Shown here: positions 1 through 11,346 of the stretch, piece after piece | Layout: the number at the start of each line of letters is the position of its first letter | How positions within the stretch are numbered: the first letter of the stretch is position 1 | Source of the DNA: Eledone cirrhosa | Lineage: Eukaryota | Direction: 5' to 3' | Length of the DNA stretch: 64,000 nt | Assembly: GCA_964016885.1 (NCBI GenBank) | Contig: OZ024740.1 | Span: 402,256,001-402,320,000, forward strand | The notes under the pieces: model-generated | Databases searched by the model: none | What the model saw: the letters and a program-made list of their open reading frames with translations, nothing else | Told to the model about the DNA's origin: nothing | Program-made: the position numbers and the translations under genes

Positions 1-554
1 ATTAGGATTGGATTGCTTGCCAACGACGTTTCCCTATCAATAATCGGATAACCGCTTTCTTGCAATTCCAAAATATTGCTGTTTGAATACTTACTCATAT
101 GAGTAGATATGTGACTATATTACCGGCTTCGACGTTTTTCTGTGTGAGTATGTATCTCTATCTGAATAGTATGTGTAATTGTTCTCCTCCACATATATGT
201 TCTCTGTATTTTGTATACATAATGAATTTGATTAAGGAAACATGACACAGACATGCAAACGCCCATACAAATACACACACATACACACATATATATCTAT
301 CTATCTCTCTATATATATACATATATATATATATATACATATATAAGTATGTACACGTACATACATATATGTATACAGACACACAGTAGTATGTATATAT
401 ATATATACATACATGCACACATATATATATATATGTACGTATGGATTCACCGAACAATTATTATAATGCTCGGTGTGTTTGTAAACAAACATCCCGTATT
501 AAGCCGTAGTGTCTAGCAACCATCGTTGATCGTTTGTTCAACACTGACAAAGGA

Positions 555-597
555 ACGCTGTACTAGTTTCAAGCTTATTAGCTATCGTCAGCAACGT
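555..597 (-). ncRNA. Type I minimal hammerhead ribozyme
   Basis: Reverse-complement copy of the 945-987 motif: ACGTTG CTGACGA TAGCT AATA AGCTT GAAA CTAG TA CAGCGT. Confidence 0.75.
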
Positions 598-944
598 ATA
601 CCTTCCTGCCAGATAATTGAAAGTCCGAAAGTATATACTTACCTTATGCATATTAACGGCTGAGTAGCCCAATTTGCATATCGAGTGGGTTAATCGGCCG
701 GGTGCACCGAAAACGATAAGCGGAAAAAATGTATACATATATGTATGTACGTATACATACTTATATTTAAGTAACAGCCGTACTAAGAGTGGGAAATGAA
801 ATTTCGTTTCATTTTTTTCCGTTTATCGTTTTCGGTGCACCCGGCCGATTAACCCACTCGATATGCAAATTGGGCTACTCAGCCGTTAATATGCATAAGG
901 TAAGTATATACTTTCGGACGTTCAACTATCCGGCAGGAAGGTAT

Positions 945-987
945 ACGTTGCTGACGATAGCTAACAAGCTTGAAACTAGTACAGCGT
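945..987 (+). ncRNA. Type I minimal hammerhead ribozyme
   Basis: Stem I ACGTTG/CAGCGT, core CTGACGA, stem II AGCT-AACA-AGCT, GAAA, palindromic stem III ACT/AGT, GUA cleavage triplet. Confidence 0.8.
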
Positions 988-1600
988 TCCTTTGTCAGTG
1001 TTGAACAAACGAGCAACGATGGTTGCTAGACACTACGGCTTAATACGGGATGTTTGTTTACAAACACACCGAGCATTATAATAAATGTTTGGCGAATCCA
1101 TACGTACATATATATATGTGTGCATGTGTAATTGGAGTGTAATTGGGGTGTAATTGGAAAAAAATGTCTTTAGATGAATATCACAGGTCCATTCATGTTG
1201 CCATCTCTATATGTTTGTATGTATGTTTGTATGTATGTATCTGTGTGTGTGTGTGTATGTATGTGTGTGTGTGTGTGTGTATGTGTGTGTGTGCGAACGT
1301 GTATAATCTAATTTTTATATATGTAAGACTGCATTTCCACGTTATTTCCTTATTTACGAATGCCTCACTGTCTCTGTCTTTAGTTTTCGTCTGTCTCTCT
1401 CTTTCAACTGAACTAACATACAAGTAAAGTATGTGCCCGACACTATTGAGGTGTGGTGGCAGCAAGAACAGGCGTGAGTGGGCGGGAGGATTCAAATTAC
1501 TTACGGAGATGGAAAAGAAGGTTTCCACGGTCACATATATACACATCAATGCACTAGCTTCAATATAATATATATAATCAAACACACAAACACACACACC

Positions 1601-1630
<30 letters not shown>

Positions 1631-1635
<5 letters not shown>

Positions 1636-1817
1636 GTGTCTACTTTAGGCACAAGGCCAGCAATTATCCCAGTGTATTACTGGTACTATATATTATCGAC
1701 CCCGTAAGTATGAAAGCCAAAGTTAACCTCGGCGGGATTTGAACTCAGAATGGCAAGGGCAGTAACTCTATGCGCCAAAGGATGGCGTCTGACCCTCTAC
1801 CGATACTGCCAATCCAC
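1631..1817 (-). mobile_element. tRNA-derived SINE (octopus-type)
   Basis: A-box-like TGGCAGTATCGG, B-box GAGTTCAAATCC, body GAGGTTAACTTTG..CATCCTTACGGGGTCGATAA, tail GGCCTTGTGCC..GTAGAAACAATTA. Confidence 0.8.
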
Positions 1818-1851
1818 AATGGTGTGGGTGTTTGTGTTTGATTATATATAT

Positions 1852-2042
1852 GGTGGTGTATTGGCAGTATAGGTAAAGGGTCGGACGCCATGCTTTGACG
1901 CATAGAGTTACGGCCCTTGCCATTCTGAGTTCAAATCCCGCCGAGGTTAACTTTGCCTTTCATCCTTACGGGGTCGATAAAATAAAGTACCAGTAATACA
2001 CTGTGTAATTTGCTGGCCGTGTGCCAAAAGTAGAAACAATTA
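1852..2042 (+). mobile_element. tRNA-derived SINE
   Basis: Same family, full length, head-to-head with 1631-1817. Confidence 0.8.
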
Positions 2043-2109
2043 TATATATATATATATTTATTTATTTATATATACATACACACACATCACACTTACAGAC
2101 ACATATGTA

Positions 2110-2198
<89 letters not shown>

Positions 2199-2291
2199 GT
2201 GAGGTTTTTTTTACAAAATGAAAAATAACCGAGGTGTCCTACACGAGTGAAAGTATAAAGAAATTTTTAAAATATATATATTTATTTGGTT

Positions 2292-2329
2292 CCTTTACCG
2301 GTTTCGCAGTTCTTCTGCTTTTCAAAAGG
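2292..2329 (-). ncRNA. Minimal hammerhead ribozyme with U3-A8 core (TTGAAAA)
   Basis: CCTT TTGAAAA GCAG-AAGAA-CTGC GAAA CCGG TA AAGG. All three stems pair. Confidence 0.65.
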
Positions 2330-2374
2330 TGAGTTGAGATGGAGGGTCTGTGGTTTTTCTCACATATATATATA

Positions 2375-2565
2375 TAATTGTTTCTACTTTTGGCACAAGG
2401 CCAGCAAATTACACAGTGTATTACTGGTAATTTATTTTATCGACCCCGTAAGGATGAAAGGCAAAGTTAACCTCGGCGGGATTTGAACTCAGAATGGCAA
2501 GGGCCGTAACTCTATGCGTCAAAGCATGGCGTCCGACCCTTTACCTATACTGCCAATACACCACC
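2375..2565 (-). mobile_element. tRNA-derived SINE
   Basis: Reverse complement of 1852-2042. Confidence 0.8.
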
Positions 2566-2599
2566 ATATATATAATCAAACACAAACACCCACACCATT

Positions 2600-2770
2600 G
2601 TGGATTGGCAGTATGGTAGAGGGTCAGACGCCATCCTTTGACGCATAGAGTTACTGCCCTTGCCATTCTGAGTTCAAATCCCTCCGAGGTTAACTTTGGC
2701 TTTCATACTTACGGGATCGATAATATAAAGTACCAGTAATACACTGGATAATTGCTGGCCTTGTGCCTAT
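2600..2770 (+). mobile_element. tRNA-derived SINE
   Basis: Reverse complement of ~1646-1817. Confidence 0.8.
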
Positions 2771-2780
2771 ACAAATATAT

Positions 2781-2814
<34 letters not shown>

Positions 2815-2832
2815 GTGTGTGTTGTATATGTA

Positions 2833-2966
2833 TAATTGTTTCTACGTTAGGCGCAAGGCCAGCAATACACCAGTGCATTACTGGTATTTTATTTTATCGA
2901 CCCCGTAAGGATGAAAGGCAAAGTTAACCTTGGCGGGATTTGAACTCGGAATGGCAAGGGCCGTAA
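2833..2966 (-). mobile_element. 5'-truncated SINE
   Basis: B-box, body and tail of the same family. Confidence 0.75.
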
Positions 2967-3008
2967 TGTATAATGTATGTATGTTAGCGCGTGTATCTGC
3001 GTGTCTAT

Positions 3009-3061
<53 letters not shown>

Positions 3062-3550
3062 CATACACACACACCTCACAGATACACACACACACACATA
3101 TGCATATATGTATGTATATATATAGAGAGAGAGACAGAGAGAGAAACACATATGCACGTGTATATATAGAAGTATACAGACGCACGCACTCGATGATGGT
3201 AACAATTATATTTGCTATGTCAAAACAACCACTGTATTATGCTACTCAAATGTGACCCGATCCTCTCGTCTCTATATTCACCCACATCACCTCAGCATGG
3301 TGCCCGAAAGTAGTGAGCCATCTGCAAAGCTGGTATTAATGTCAGAGGTCGGACGTCAGTATCGCTTTAATAGCTACTGTCGCGTTAGAGATCAGTACAA
3401 AGAAGAGGTCGGGCGTGTAAAATTATCAGTCATTTAGTCATCAGATGAGGGTCGGAGGCGGTATGAAGAAAGGAGGGTGGGCGTAGGAGAGATGATAGTG
3501 AGTAGGAAGAGTCACAACGGAATGGAAGCGTTTAGTTTCATATATATATA

Positions 3551-3649
<99 letters not shown>

Positions 3650-3731
3650 GGCATACCGCCTATGGAAGCAACATAGCTACCATTATACACAAGTAATTAT
3701 ATATATGTATATATATATTTATATATATATT

Positions 3732-3790
<59 letters not shown>

Positions 3791-3965
3791 GTGTGTGTGT
3801 GTGTTTATTTATTTATATATATAGTAATATTTATAAACATGAATAAACACATACACACATGTTCAAAGTACAGCAGAAAGAGGTTCTTATATGTTTGATA
3901 TATATTTATCCTTATCGAGCCCTCTTTGGATTTTAGTCTTGACATTTATTAGTACTACTATATAC

Positions 3966-4000
<35 letters not shown>

Positions 4001-4168
4001 TATAGATAGGTAAATATACACGGGTGTGTATGATTGTGTATAGAAGATTATATTAATAAGAGGAATTCCAACTTTGTCTGATTTACTCGTTTTATTTACA
4101 ATCCTTTAAAATATATAATGGTATTATAATGAAATAGTATGATAGAATATTAAATTCTAAGTGTTAAT

Positions 4169-4207
4169 TGAACAAGTACTTTCATGCTTTCGCAATCTTC
4201 AGGTTCA
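4169..4207 (-). ncRNA. Minimal hammerhead ribozyme (left arm of palindrome)
   Basis: Exact reverse complement of 4280-4318. Confidence 0.7.
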
Positions 4208-4279
4208 TAATATGTGGTGACAGTCGAGTTTGCAATTTTCAACTGTGAAAATTGCAAACTCGACTGTCACCACATATTA

Positions 4280-4318
4280 TGAACCTGAAGATTGCGAAAG
4301 CATGAAAGTACTTGTTCA
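4280..4318 (+). ncRNA. Minimal hammerhead ribozyme (right arm of palindrome)
   Basis: TGAAC CTGAAGA TTGC-GAAA-GCAT GAAA GTAC TT GTTCA. Stem I is 5 bp, stem II is GNRA-capped, stem III is palindromic, triplet CUU. Confidence 0.7.
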
Positions 4319-4469
4319 ATTAACACTTAGAATTTAATATTCTATCATACTATTTCATTATAATACCATTATATATTTTAAAGGATTGTAAATAAAACGA
4401 GTAAATCAGACAAAGTTGGAATTCCTCTTATTAATATATATATATATATATATATACATCTGTACATGC

Positions 4470-4534
<65 letters not shown>

Positions 4535-4959
4535 AATGCAGAGCCAACGCCAGACTATCTGACACCCTACGCAAGGTTAGACTCATACGGAAAATATCAA
4601 TTTCAAAATTCATAAACAATAAACTTTAAATATTTTTTAAACATTTGAGCACAGACCAGGGGTAATGTTTTCAAAGAAATTACCCTAGGTCTGTGCCCAA
4701 ATGTCCGGACACCCACCAAAAAGCTCTACTTGATACCATCTTATTTAGAAAACTAAGACAAGAATAAACAAACATAATGTTTGAATAAACAAGAATAAAC
4801 AACATAATAGACAGTTGAACAGACGCTCAATACTAATCAGGGGTGGTGGAACTGGGGGCAGGAGGGCCATGACCCGCCAATAATTATATTTTTCTCCCCA
4901 AACTACCAAAACACACATCTATTTGTATATGCGCTACAATTTATTTACATGTTATGTAG

Positions 4960-5400
4960 AGCCAGAAGGGAGAGATAGATATAGATGTAGATATAGAGAG
5001 GGGAAGAATTTGGTGGTAATTGATATATAGAGGGAAGTTGGGAGAGTGTATTTCATATTAGGTGTAGAGAGGGGAGAGATTGATGTTTATTGACATAGAG
5101 AGAGGAATTTGAAGAGAGTTCTGTGTAGTAGATAAACAGAAGGGTAGAGTTTGGCGTTAATTGATATATAGAGAGGGATTGGATGAGGGATCTGTATAGT
5201 ACACATGAAGAGGGGGAGAGTTTGTTGGTAATGAATAGAGTGAGAGGGAATGAGTGTTCTATGGTAGATATAGAGATGGGTGTAGTGAGAGAGTTCTGTG
5301 TAGTAGATATAGAGAAGGAGAGAGTTTGGTGTTAATTAATACAGAGAAGGCTATAGGAAGAGAGTTCCGTATAGTAGATATAGAGTGGGGGAGAGTTTGA
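4960..5400. repeat. Degenerate purine-rich minisatellite, unit roughly 70-80 bp
   Basis: Recurrent GAGAGTTCTGTGTAGTAGATATAGAG..GAGAGTTTGGTGTTAATTGATATATAGAG. Confidence 0.55.
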
Positions 5401-5489
5401 TTTTAAATCCTATTTTCAAATTAAATCTCTCTCTTTCACTATTTCTCTCTCTCTCTCTATCTATCTCTATTTTCAACTATTTTTCAACA

Positions 5490-7357
5490 GCTTCCCACCG
5501 GAACCGGGATCCAGGGACTCCAGCCACCTCATTGTGAAGCTTGACATGAGGAATGCCTTCAGCTGCTTACGCCGGGACCATCTGCTCGAAGCCTGCCTCA
5601 GCCGAGCCGCCTCTGCCTACCCACTGGCCTACCTGTCGTATGGAGCCCCGAGAATGCTCCTTGCTGCTGATACGGTCATACCTTAGGCCACTAGGGTCCA
5701 ACAGGACGACCCTTTGGGACCCCTCCTATTTGCCCTTCGTATAGACTACATCGCCCGGAGTATCACGGCCCCTCTCAATGATTGGTATCTGGATGATGCT
5801 ACGTTGGGCTGGCCCGTACAGACAGTTTGCCATGACCTACAATCGGTGGTTCTTGCCCTGGCAGGAATCGGCCTCCAAGTCAACTCGGCAAGTCGGAGGT
5901 GGTGAACGTCAGCCACGATGCTGAGAGCTTTGCAGCCTCCGTCTCGGACGTCCGGTTCATTCTCCACCAGGTACAGGTGACCCCTAAAGAGGATGTCCTC
6001 ATCCTCGGGTCACCGATCCACCCACCGGCCATCCGCTGCACCATCAGGTTCAGGCTTCAACAACTCCAGACTCTCACGAGCTGACTGGGCTTGATCGACG
6101 GCCACCCGACCCTCTTTCTGTTGAGGCACTGGTTCGCCATGCTGAAGTTCCTCTATACCCTACACTCACACATCTCTCCTCGCTGACCTCGATACCTGTA
6201 TCCGAGAAGCAACCGAGGAGATATGTAACGTCAAGTTTCACGTCATTGGATGGCAACAGGCCACTTTACCTGTCAGAATTGGCTGCCTTGGCTTCCGGTC
6301 CCCGATCTCACTGGCTTTGCGGGCGTATCTTTCGTTGGTAACCTCGTCCACAGGGTTCTCCAAAACACTATAGAACCCTCTGTGTTCAGAGAACGTGAGG
6401 CCACCTGTGAGACATGGGACCGGCTGGGGCTCATCCCAGTAGACGTCCCTCCTCCTTCTCCCTCTGTTGACGTCAAGTCCCCCCCCCCCCCGTCCCCAGC
6501 ACTTGGGATGCGATCCAGTGCTGCCTGGCCTCAGACAGGCTCACGCGCCAGCTCAACCACCACCTCCTTGCCTGTTTTCGTGCGGCCTCCAAACCCCACA
6601 GTGGTGCCTGGCTCCATGCCCCGCCCTCCTTCTCCACTGGAACGCAGCTAGACAATAATAGCCTGCGCATTTGCGTTTCCTTAAGGCTCGGCATCCGGAT
6701 CTGCGAGCCACACCAATGTCGCTGCGGATCCATCGTAGACCCTTTCGGCCTCCACCCGCTTTCCTGTCGCCGCAGTGCCGGCCGCCTTCCACGCCATACT
6801 GCCTTCAACGAGGTCATAAAGCATGGCTTGGACGCTGCAGGTTTCCCTCCCCAGCTCGAGCCAGTGGGGATGGACTGAGGGGACGGCAAAAGGCCAGATG
6901 GCATGACCATCTTCCCGTTCCGTGGTGGTAAATCTCTCGTCTGGGATGTCACCTTCACCAACACTTTCTGCAGTCGCAACCTGGTGCAGTCTGCGATAAA
7001 CCCGGGTTCTGCTGATCGTCGGGCTGAGGAAGCTAAACTCCTCAAATACCGGTCGCTCTCCGACAGGTTTGCGGTTGTACCCCTGGCAGTGGAGACTTCA
7101 GGTGTCCTTGGCCAGCCGCAGGTGTGATCCCCACGAGCTGGAGTGGCTTTTCCAGCGCAACTCCCTTGCTATCCTCCGGGGAAACGCCTGCTCCATTCTG
7201 ACCGCCGGGGCTGTGGCAGAGCCCCATCACGTATCATTCCATATTTAGTTGTGGTCGGCGTGTGTGTGTTTGTATATATCGCTTTTGTTTTCATTCAGCA
7301 TCATGTCATTCTTCATTGTTTTCTCTACTAATGAATTATATTTGGAAAAATAAAATG
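5490..7357 (+). mobile_element. 5'-truncated, decayed CRE-clade non-LTR retrotransposon (RT, CCHC, restriction-like endonuclease)
   Basis: RT motifs KLDMRNAF, VQQDDPLGPLLF and WYLDDATL. Zinc motif CRCG..GLHPLSC, then RH..NEVI, GKRPDGMTIFPF..LVWDVT, KLLKY and PLAVETSG. Near-identical flanks TTCAACTATTTT(T)CAACA at 5472-5489 and 7358-7374 form a TSD. Confidence 0.85.
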
Positions 7358-7942
7358 TTCAACTATTTTCAACATATATCTTACCACTCTCTTTCTCACT
7401 GTCTCTCCATCTCTTTCTGTATCTCAATCTCTCTCACTCCCACACACTGTGTGTGTGTTTGTGCGCTCGCATGCATCTTATTCAGTATGTATGTTTGCAT
7501 GTATGTATGTATTTATGTATATATGGACAAGTAATATATCTACTTATACGCAAATTTATATGTGTGTGTGTGAGTGGGATAGAAATTGGTTATCTATGAT
7601 GCCATTAAACTTTTAGGACAAAAGCACCCCACGTTCTATTTTATCGTCTTTTGTAATTTTTAGGATTTTTCAATTCCTATTTTCAAATTCATCTTTTTAC
7701 ACAATCCATCGTTAGGAATCGGAATAAATATATTGCTGCATTATTCTGGGATGGATATGTGTCAGTGTCACAAATTGCGAGGCTGTTATCCAATCATGGC
7801 AAAGTTGTTACCAAAAACGGAAGTTTTCACACAGGCACACACACACAAAAGCGCGCGCACACAGACACAGACACACACACACACATACACACATATATAT
7901 ATATAATATATATATATATGTTATTATTATTATTATATATAT

Positions 7943-8011
<69 letters not shown>

Positions 8012-8019
8012 TTATAAAC

Positions 8020-8100
<81 letters not shown>

Positions 8101-8302
8101 ATACTTGGGGAGGGTCATATTTGTGTAATATTGCCAGAATTAATAACAGAACACTCTCACTGTTTGGTTGGTTTTCGCTTTTCGCTTCTGTGTCTTTATA
8201 TCGATAATCTAATTTATTCGGAGCTCAATGTTGCCATTGACTAACCAACGGTCAAAAATAATACAGATACAATATAGACACAAACACATATATATATAGT
8301 TT

Positions 8303-8344
8303 ATCAAAGTTCTTTCGTAGCACATCTGCAACATCGTCAGTGGT
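8303..8344 (-). ncRNA. Hammerhead-like motif in a short PLE-type repeat (family also at ~20640-20990)
   Basis: ACCA CTGACGA TGTTGCA-GATG-TGCTAC GAAA GAAC TT TGAT. Stem I has one mismatch. Confidence 0.45.
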
Positions 8345-8640
8345 GCTATTGTTTCCTCCAGTTACATTGTATTTTCTACGCTATCTTTATTTAGTCTGTT
8401 TATATATTTATTTATTTGTTTATTTTATTTTGTCTTCTTTGAGCATGTGTATAGTGTGTGTATAGTGTGTGTAATATTTGTTTCGACACACGATTTCATA
8501 TCAAAAACCTCGCAAAACTAATTCATCGCCGTTATATATATATATATATATATAATGAAAAATTGAACAGGGACAGAACAGAGAGGCAGTACGACAAATG
8601 TTTATTAAATTCACGCTCAGGAGAGTGGGGGGTAGGTGGG

Positions 8641-8675
8641 GGTCGACGTTTCGGGCATAAGCCCTTCTTCAGGTG
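8641..8675 (-). ncRNA. Minimal hammerhead core in the PLE 3' repeat
   Basis: CTGAAGA A GGGC-TTAT-GCCC GAAAC GTC. Stem I is poorly paired in this copy. Confidence 0.6.
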
Positions 8676-9512
8676 AGAGTTCAAAAGGTGTGTAGGGGAG
8701 TGGTGGAGAGACATATAGCGAAAGGAAACGGTGCGAATGAAAAATTAACAAATAAAGACAAAAATATAATAAATAATAAATAAAAATAAAGCATGATCAA
8801 AATACAAGGAATGAGAAAATTTAAAAATAAAGGCATGATCAAAATAAACTGAAATTAAAAGGGGGGTAAACAGGTGGTGGAAGGGTGTGGGGTGAGTAGA
8901 GGTGGTGGCGGGTGGAGTGGGGAGAGGGAGACGGGGTGTCCGAGCGGGGAGGGCTGAAGGTGGTGTGTGTGGTTAGGTGTGCGTGTGTGTGTGTGTGTGT
9001 GTGTATGTGAAAGTGAGGGTTGGGGGAAGAACGGGGTTGCATGTTCAGGAAGGTGTGTGTGGGGGGTGTTTTTGTGGGTCGGAGGGTCTGTGCGTGTGTG
9101 GATAGGGGGTGGGGGGGAGAGGAATCAGGGGGCTGAGGGTGTAAATATGTGGTGGGAAGCACGTGTGTGTGGTTTAAGCGTGTTGTAGGTGTGGGTGGCG
9201 TGTGGATAAAAAAATTGGTTTTGGGGTGTGTGTGTGTGGGTGAGTTATATAGGTGGTGGTGTAAGAGGGTGGTTGAAAAGTGGTAAGTTACACGGATGTA
9301 TGGAGATTTTGGTGAGAAGTCAAAACGCGTGTGGGTAATCCAAGAAGCGGTGGTCGGAAGAGGAGAGATGTGGGGTGCGCGCGCAACAGGAAGTGGTCAG
9401 CAGTGGAAGTGCTGTGGTCAGTTGGTGCTGAGACAGTGGTCGGAAGGGCATAGCAGCAGTCGGCGGAATGGTAGGGAGGCGAGGATGGGTAGGTGTGAGA
9501 GTTGGAGTGAGG

Positions 9513-9547
<35 letters not shown>

Positions 9548-10019
9548 TAGTGGGGTGTTAGTGGGATGAGTGAGTGTGGAGCGGGGAGAGAAGAGTGTGT
9601 GTGGTTCTATGGAGGGAGTGTGGTGTACTGGTGTGTGTGTAGTTTGGTGAAGAGGTGTTAGTGGGTGTTAATATACGGGAGGTGGGGAGGGGTGGAATGC
9701 AGGTGTGAGTGGGGGTAGGGTGTGTAGAGTTGGTGGTGTACGAGGGTGTGTGGGTACGTGTGCGTGGGGTTGGAGGGTGTTAGTGATGTTAGTTGCGTGG
9801 GGGTGGGTGGTGTAAGTGGGTGCGTGTGTGCGTGTGATAAGGAGGGGAGGAGGAGAAGAGGGGAGGGAAGGGATGTTAGTATGTTAGTTGGGGAAGGGTG
9901 GTCAGATGAGGGGTGGAGTGGAGGTGTTAGTATTGTTAGTGTGGGGTGGGCGGTGAAAAGGAGGGGTGTGTTAGTGGTGTTAGTGGGGGATAAGTGTGGG
10001 GGAAGGGGGGCGGTCGAAC

Positions 10020-11122
10020 GCTAAAGGAATAAGGGTGGGGAGTTCAGGCCGGGGGGAGTGTGGGTCTGTAAGATGAAGATAGTACGTTGTTCGACCGTAA
10101 GGCGATGGGCGGGTGTTCCGTGGCACTGGAGTAGGCCACAGACTGTGAGATGGCGTGCGGAGTGTCCAGGGCCACCAAAGTGGCGGGCGATGGGGGAACT
10201 GCCCCCGAGACGAATGTCCCGGAGGTGCTCCGTGACTCGGTCCGCCAGGCGGCGTCCCGTCTGTCCGACATAAGTCGCGCTGCACCTCGTGCAACGAAGT
10301 CCGTAGACTAGGTTGGAGGAGGTGCAGCGGAAGGCATGCCGGACCGAGAGAGGGTGGCCGTTGGGACCCTGGAAGGTGGTGGTGTTGGTGATGTGGGGAC
10401 AGGTGTTGCAGCGGGGCCTAGAACAGGGGAAGGAATGGGGGGGGGGGGAAACGGAGCGTGGGTTGGGGGGTAGGGAGCTGTGGACGAGGAGGGTGCGGAG
10501 ATTGCGTGCGCGTTTGAAGGAGGGGGGTGGTGGGGTTGGGAAGATGTAGGAGGTGGAGGGGTCGGACTGGAGGTGTCGGAAGAGGCGGCGGATGGTGCGG
10601 TGGAGGGGTGCGGTGGAGGGGTGGTAGGTGATGGGGAAGGGGAGACGGTGGGTGGGTGTGCGGTGGCGTGGGGTGAGGGTGGTGGAGCGGGGGATAGCAC
10701 GGGCGCGGGTGAGAGCGGTGTGGACGAGAGAGGGGGGGGTAACCTCTGCGGATGAAATGGCTGACTAGGGAGAGGGCCTGGGACTCGAAGTCAGCATCTC
10801 GGCTACAGAGGCGGCGGATCCTGAGAAGTTGGGAGTAGGGAATGGAGAGTTTAGTGTGGGTGGGGTGGGAAGAGGTGAAGTCGAGGTAAGAGTGGGAGTC
10901 GGTGGGTTTGAAGAAGGCAGAGGTGACGAGGGAGTGGTGGGAGGGGTAGAAGGCGACGGAGATGTCCAAGAAGTGGACGTGGGTGGTGGAGATAGAGGTG
11001 GTGAAGTGGAGGGAGGGGTGGAAGGAGCAGAAGAAGGAGAGAAAGGAGTCGAGCTGTACTCGGGTGAGGGTCGTGGCTCCGATACAGTCGTCAATGTAAC
11101 GACCGTACAGTTCGGGCGTGGG
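10020..11122 (-). pseudogene. Frameshifted PLE RT-thumb/GIY-YIG coding remnant
   Basis: ORF track 10418-11200 plus hand translation of ~10020-10440 in another frame. Confidence 0.85.
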
Positions 11123-11153
11123 GCATATATATATATATATAGATATATAGATA

Positions 11154-11346
11154 TAATTGTTTCTACTTTTTGGTACAAGGCCAGCAATTACCCAGTACAT
11201 TACTGGTACTTTATTTTATCGAGCCCGTAAAGATGAAAGGAAAAGTTAACCTGCGCGGGATTTGAACACAGAATGGCAAGGGCCGTAACTCTATTCGTCA
11301 AAGCATGGCGTCCGACCCTCTACCGATACTTCCAATTCACTGCCCT
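11154..11346 (-). mobile_element. tRNA-derived SINE
   Basis: Full-length copy of the family. Confidence 0.8.

Larger units (their letters stand above)
411..1127. repeat. Inverted repeat (arms ~411-731 and ~810-1127) of a PLE-type terminal repeat family carrying an HHR
   Basis: The arms are reverse complements with a few mismatches. The same family recurs at ~44520-44870 (+) and ~47760-49253 (-, split by the maT transposon). Confidence 0.85.
4049..4438. repeat. Perfect palindrome, 193-bp arms, 4-bp loop (4242-4245)
   Basis: Base-by-base comparison of 4049-4241 with 4246-4438 shows no mismatch. Confidence 0.95.
8553..11125 (-). mobile_element. 5'-truncated Penelope-like element, Neptune-like
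   Basis: RT C-terminus RYIDD, FLDI, KPTDSHSYLDFTSSHP and SIPYSQLLRIRRLCS. Linker CSRPRCNTC. GIY-YIG NLVYGLRCTRCSATYVGQTGRRLADRVTEH. 3' HHR motif. Both ends abut (TA)n. Confidence 0.9.

Noticed and set aside
538-1004. Twin ORFs 538-738 and 789-1004 with the same peptide
   Set aside because: They result from the inverted repeat and show no recognisable domain.
5490-11125. GC-rich islands suggesting contamination or foreign genes
   Set aside because: They are explained by the CRE and PLE retroelements embedded in host-type repeats.
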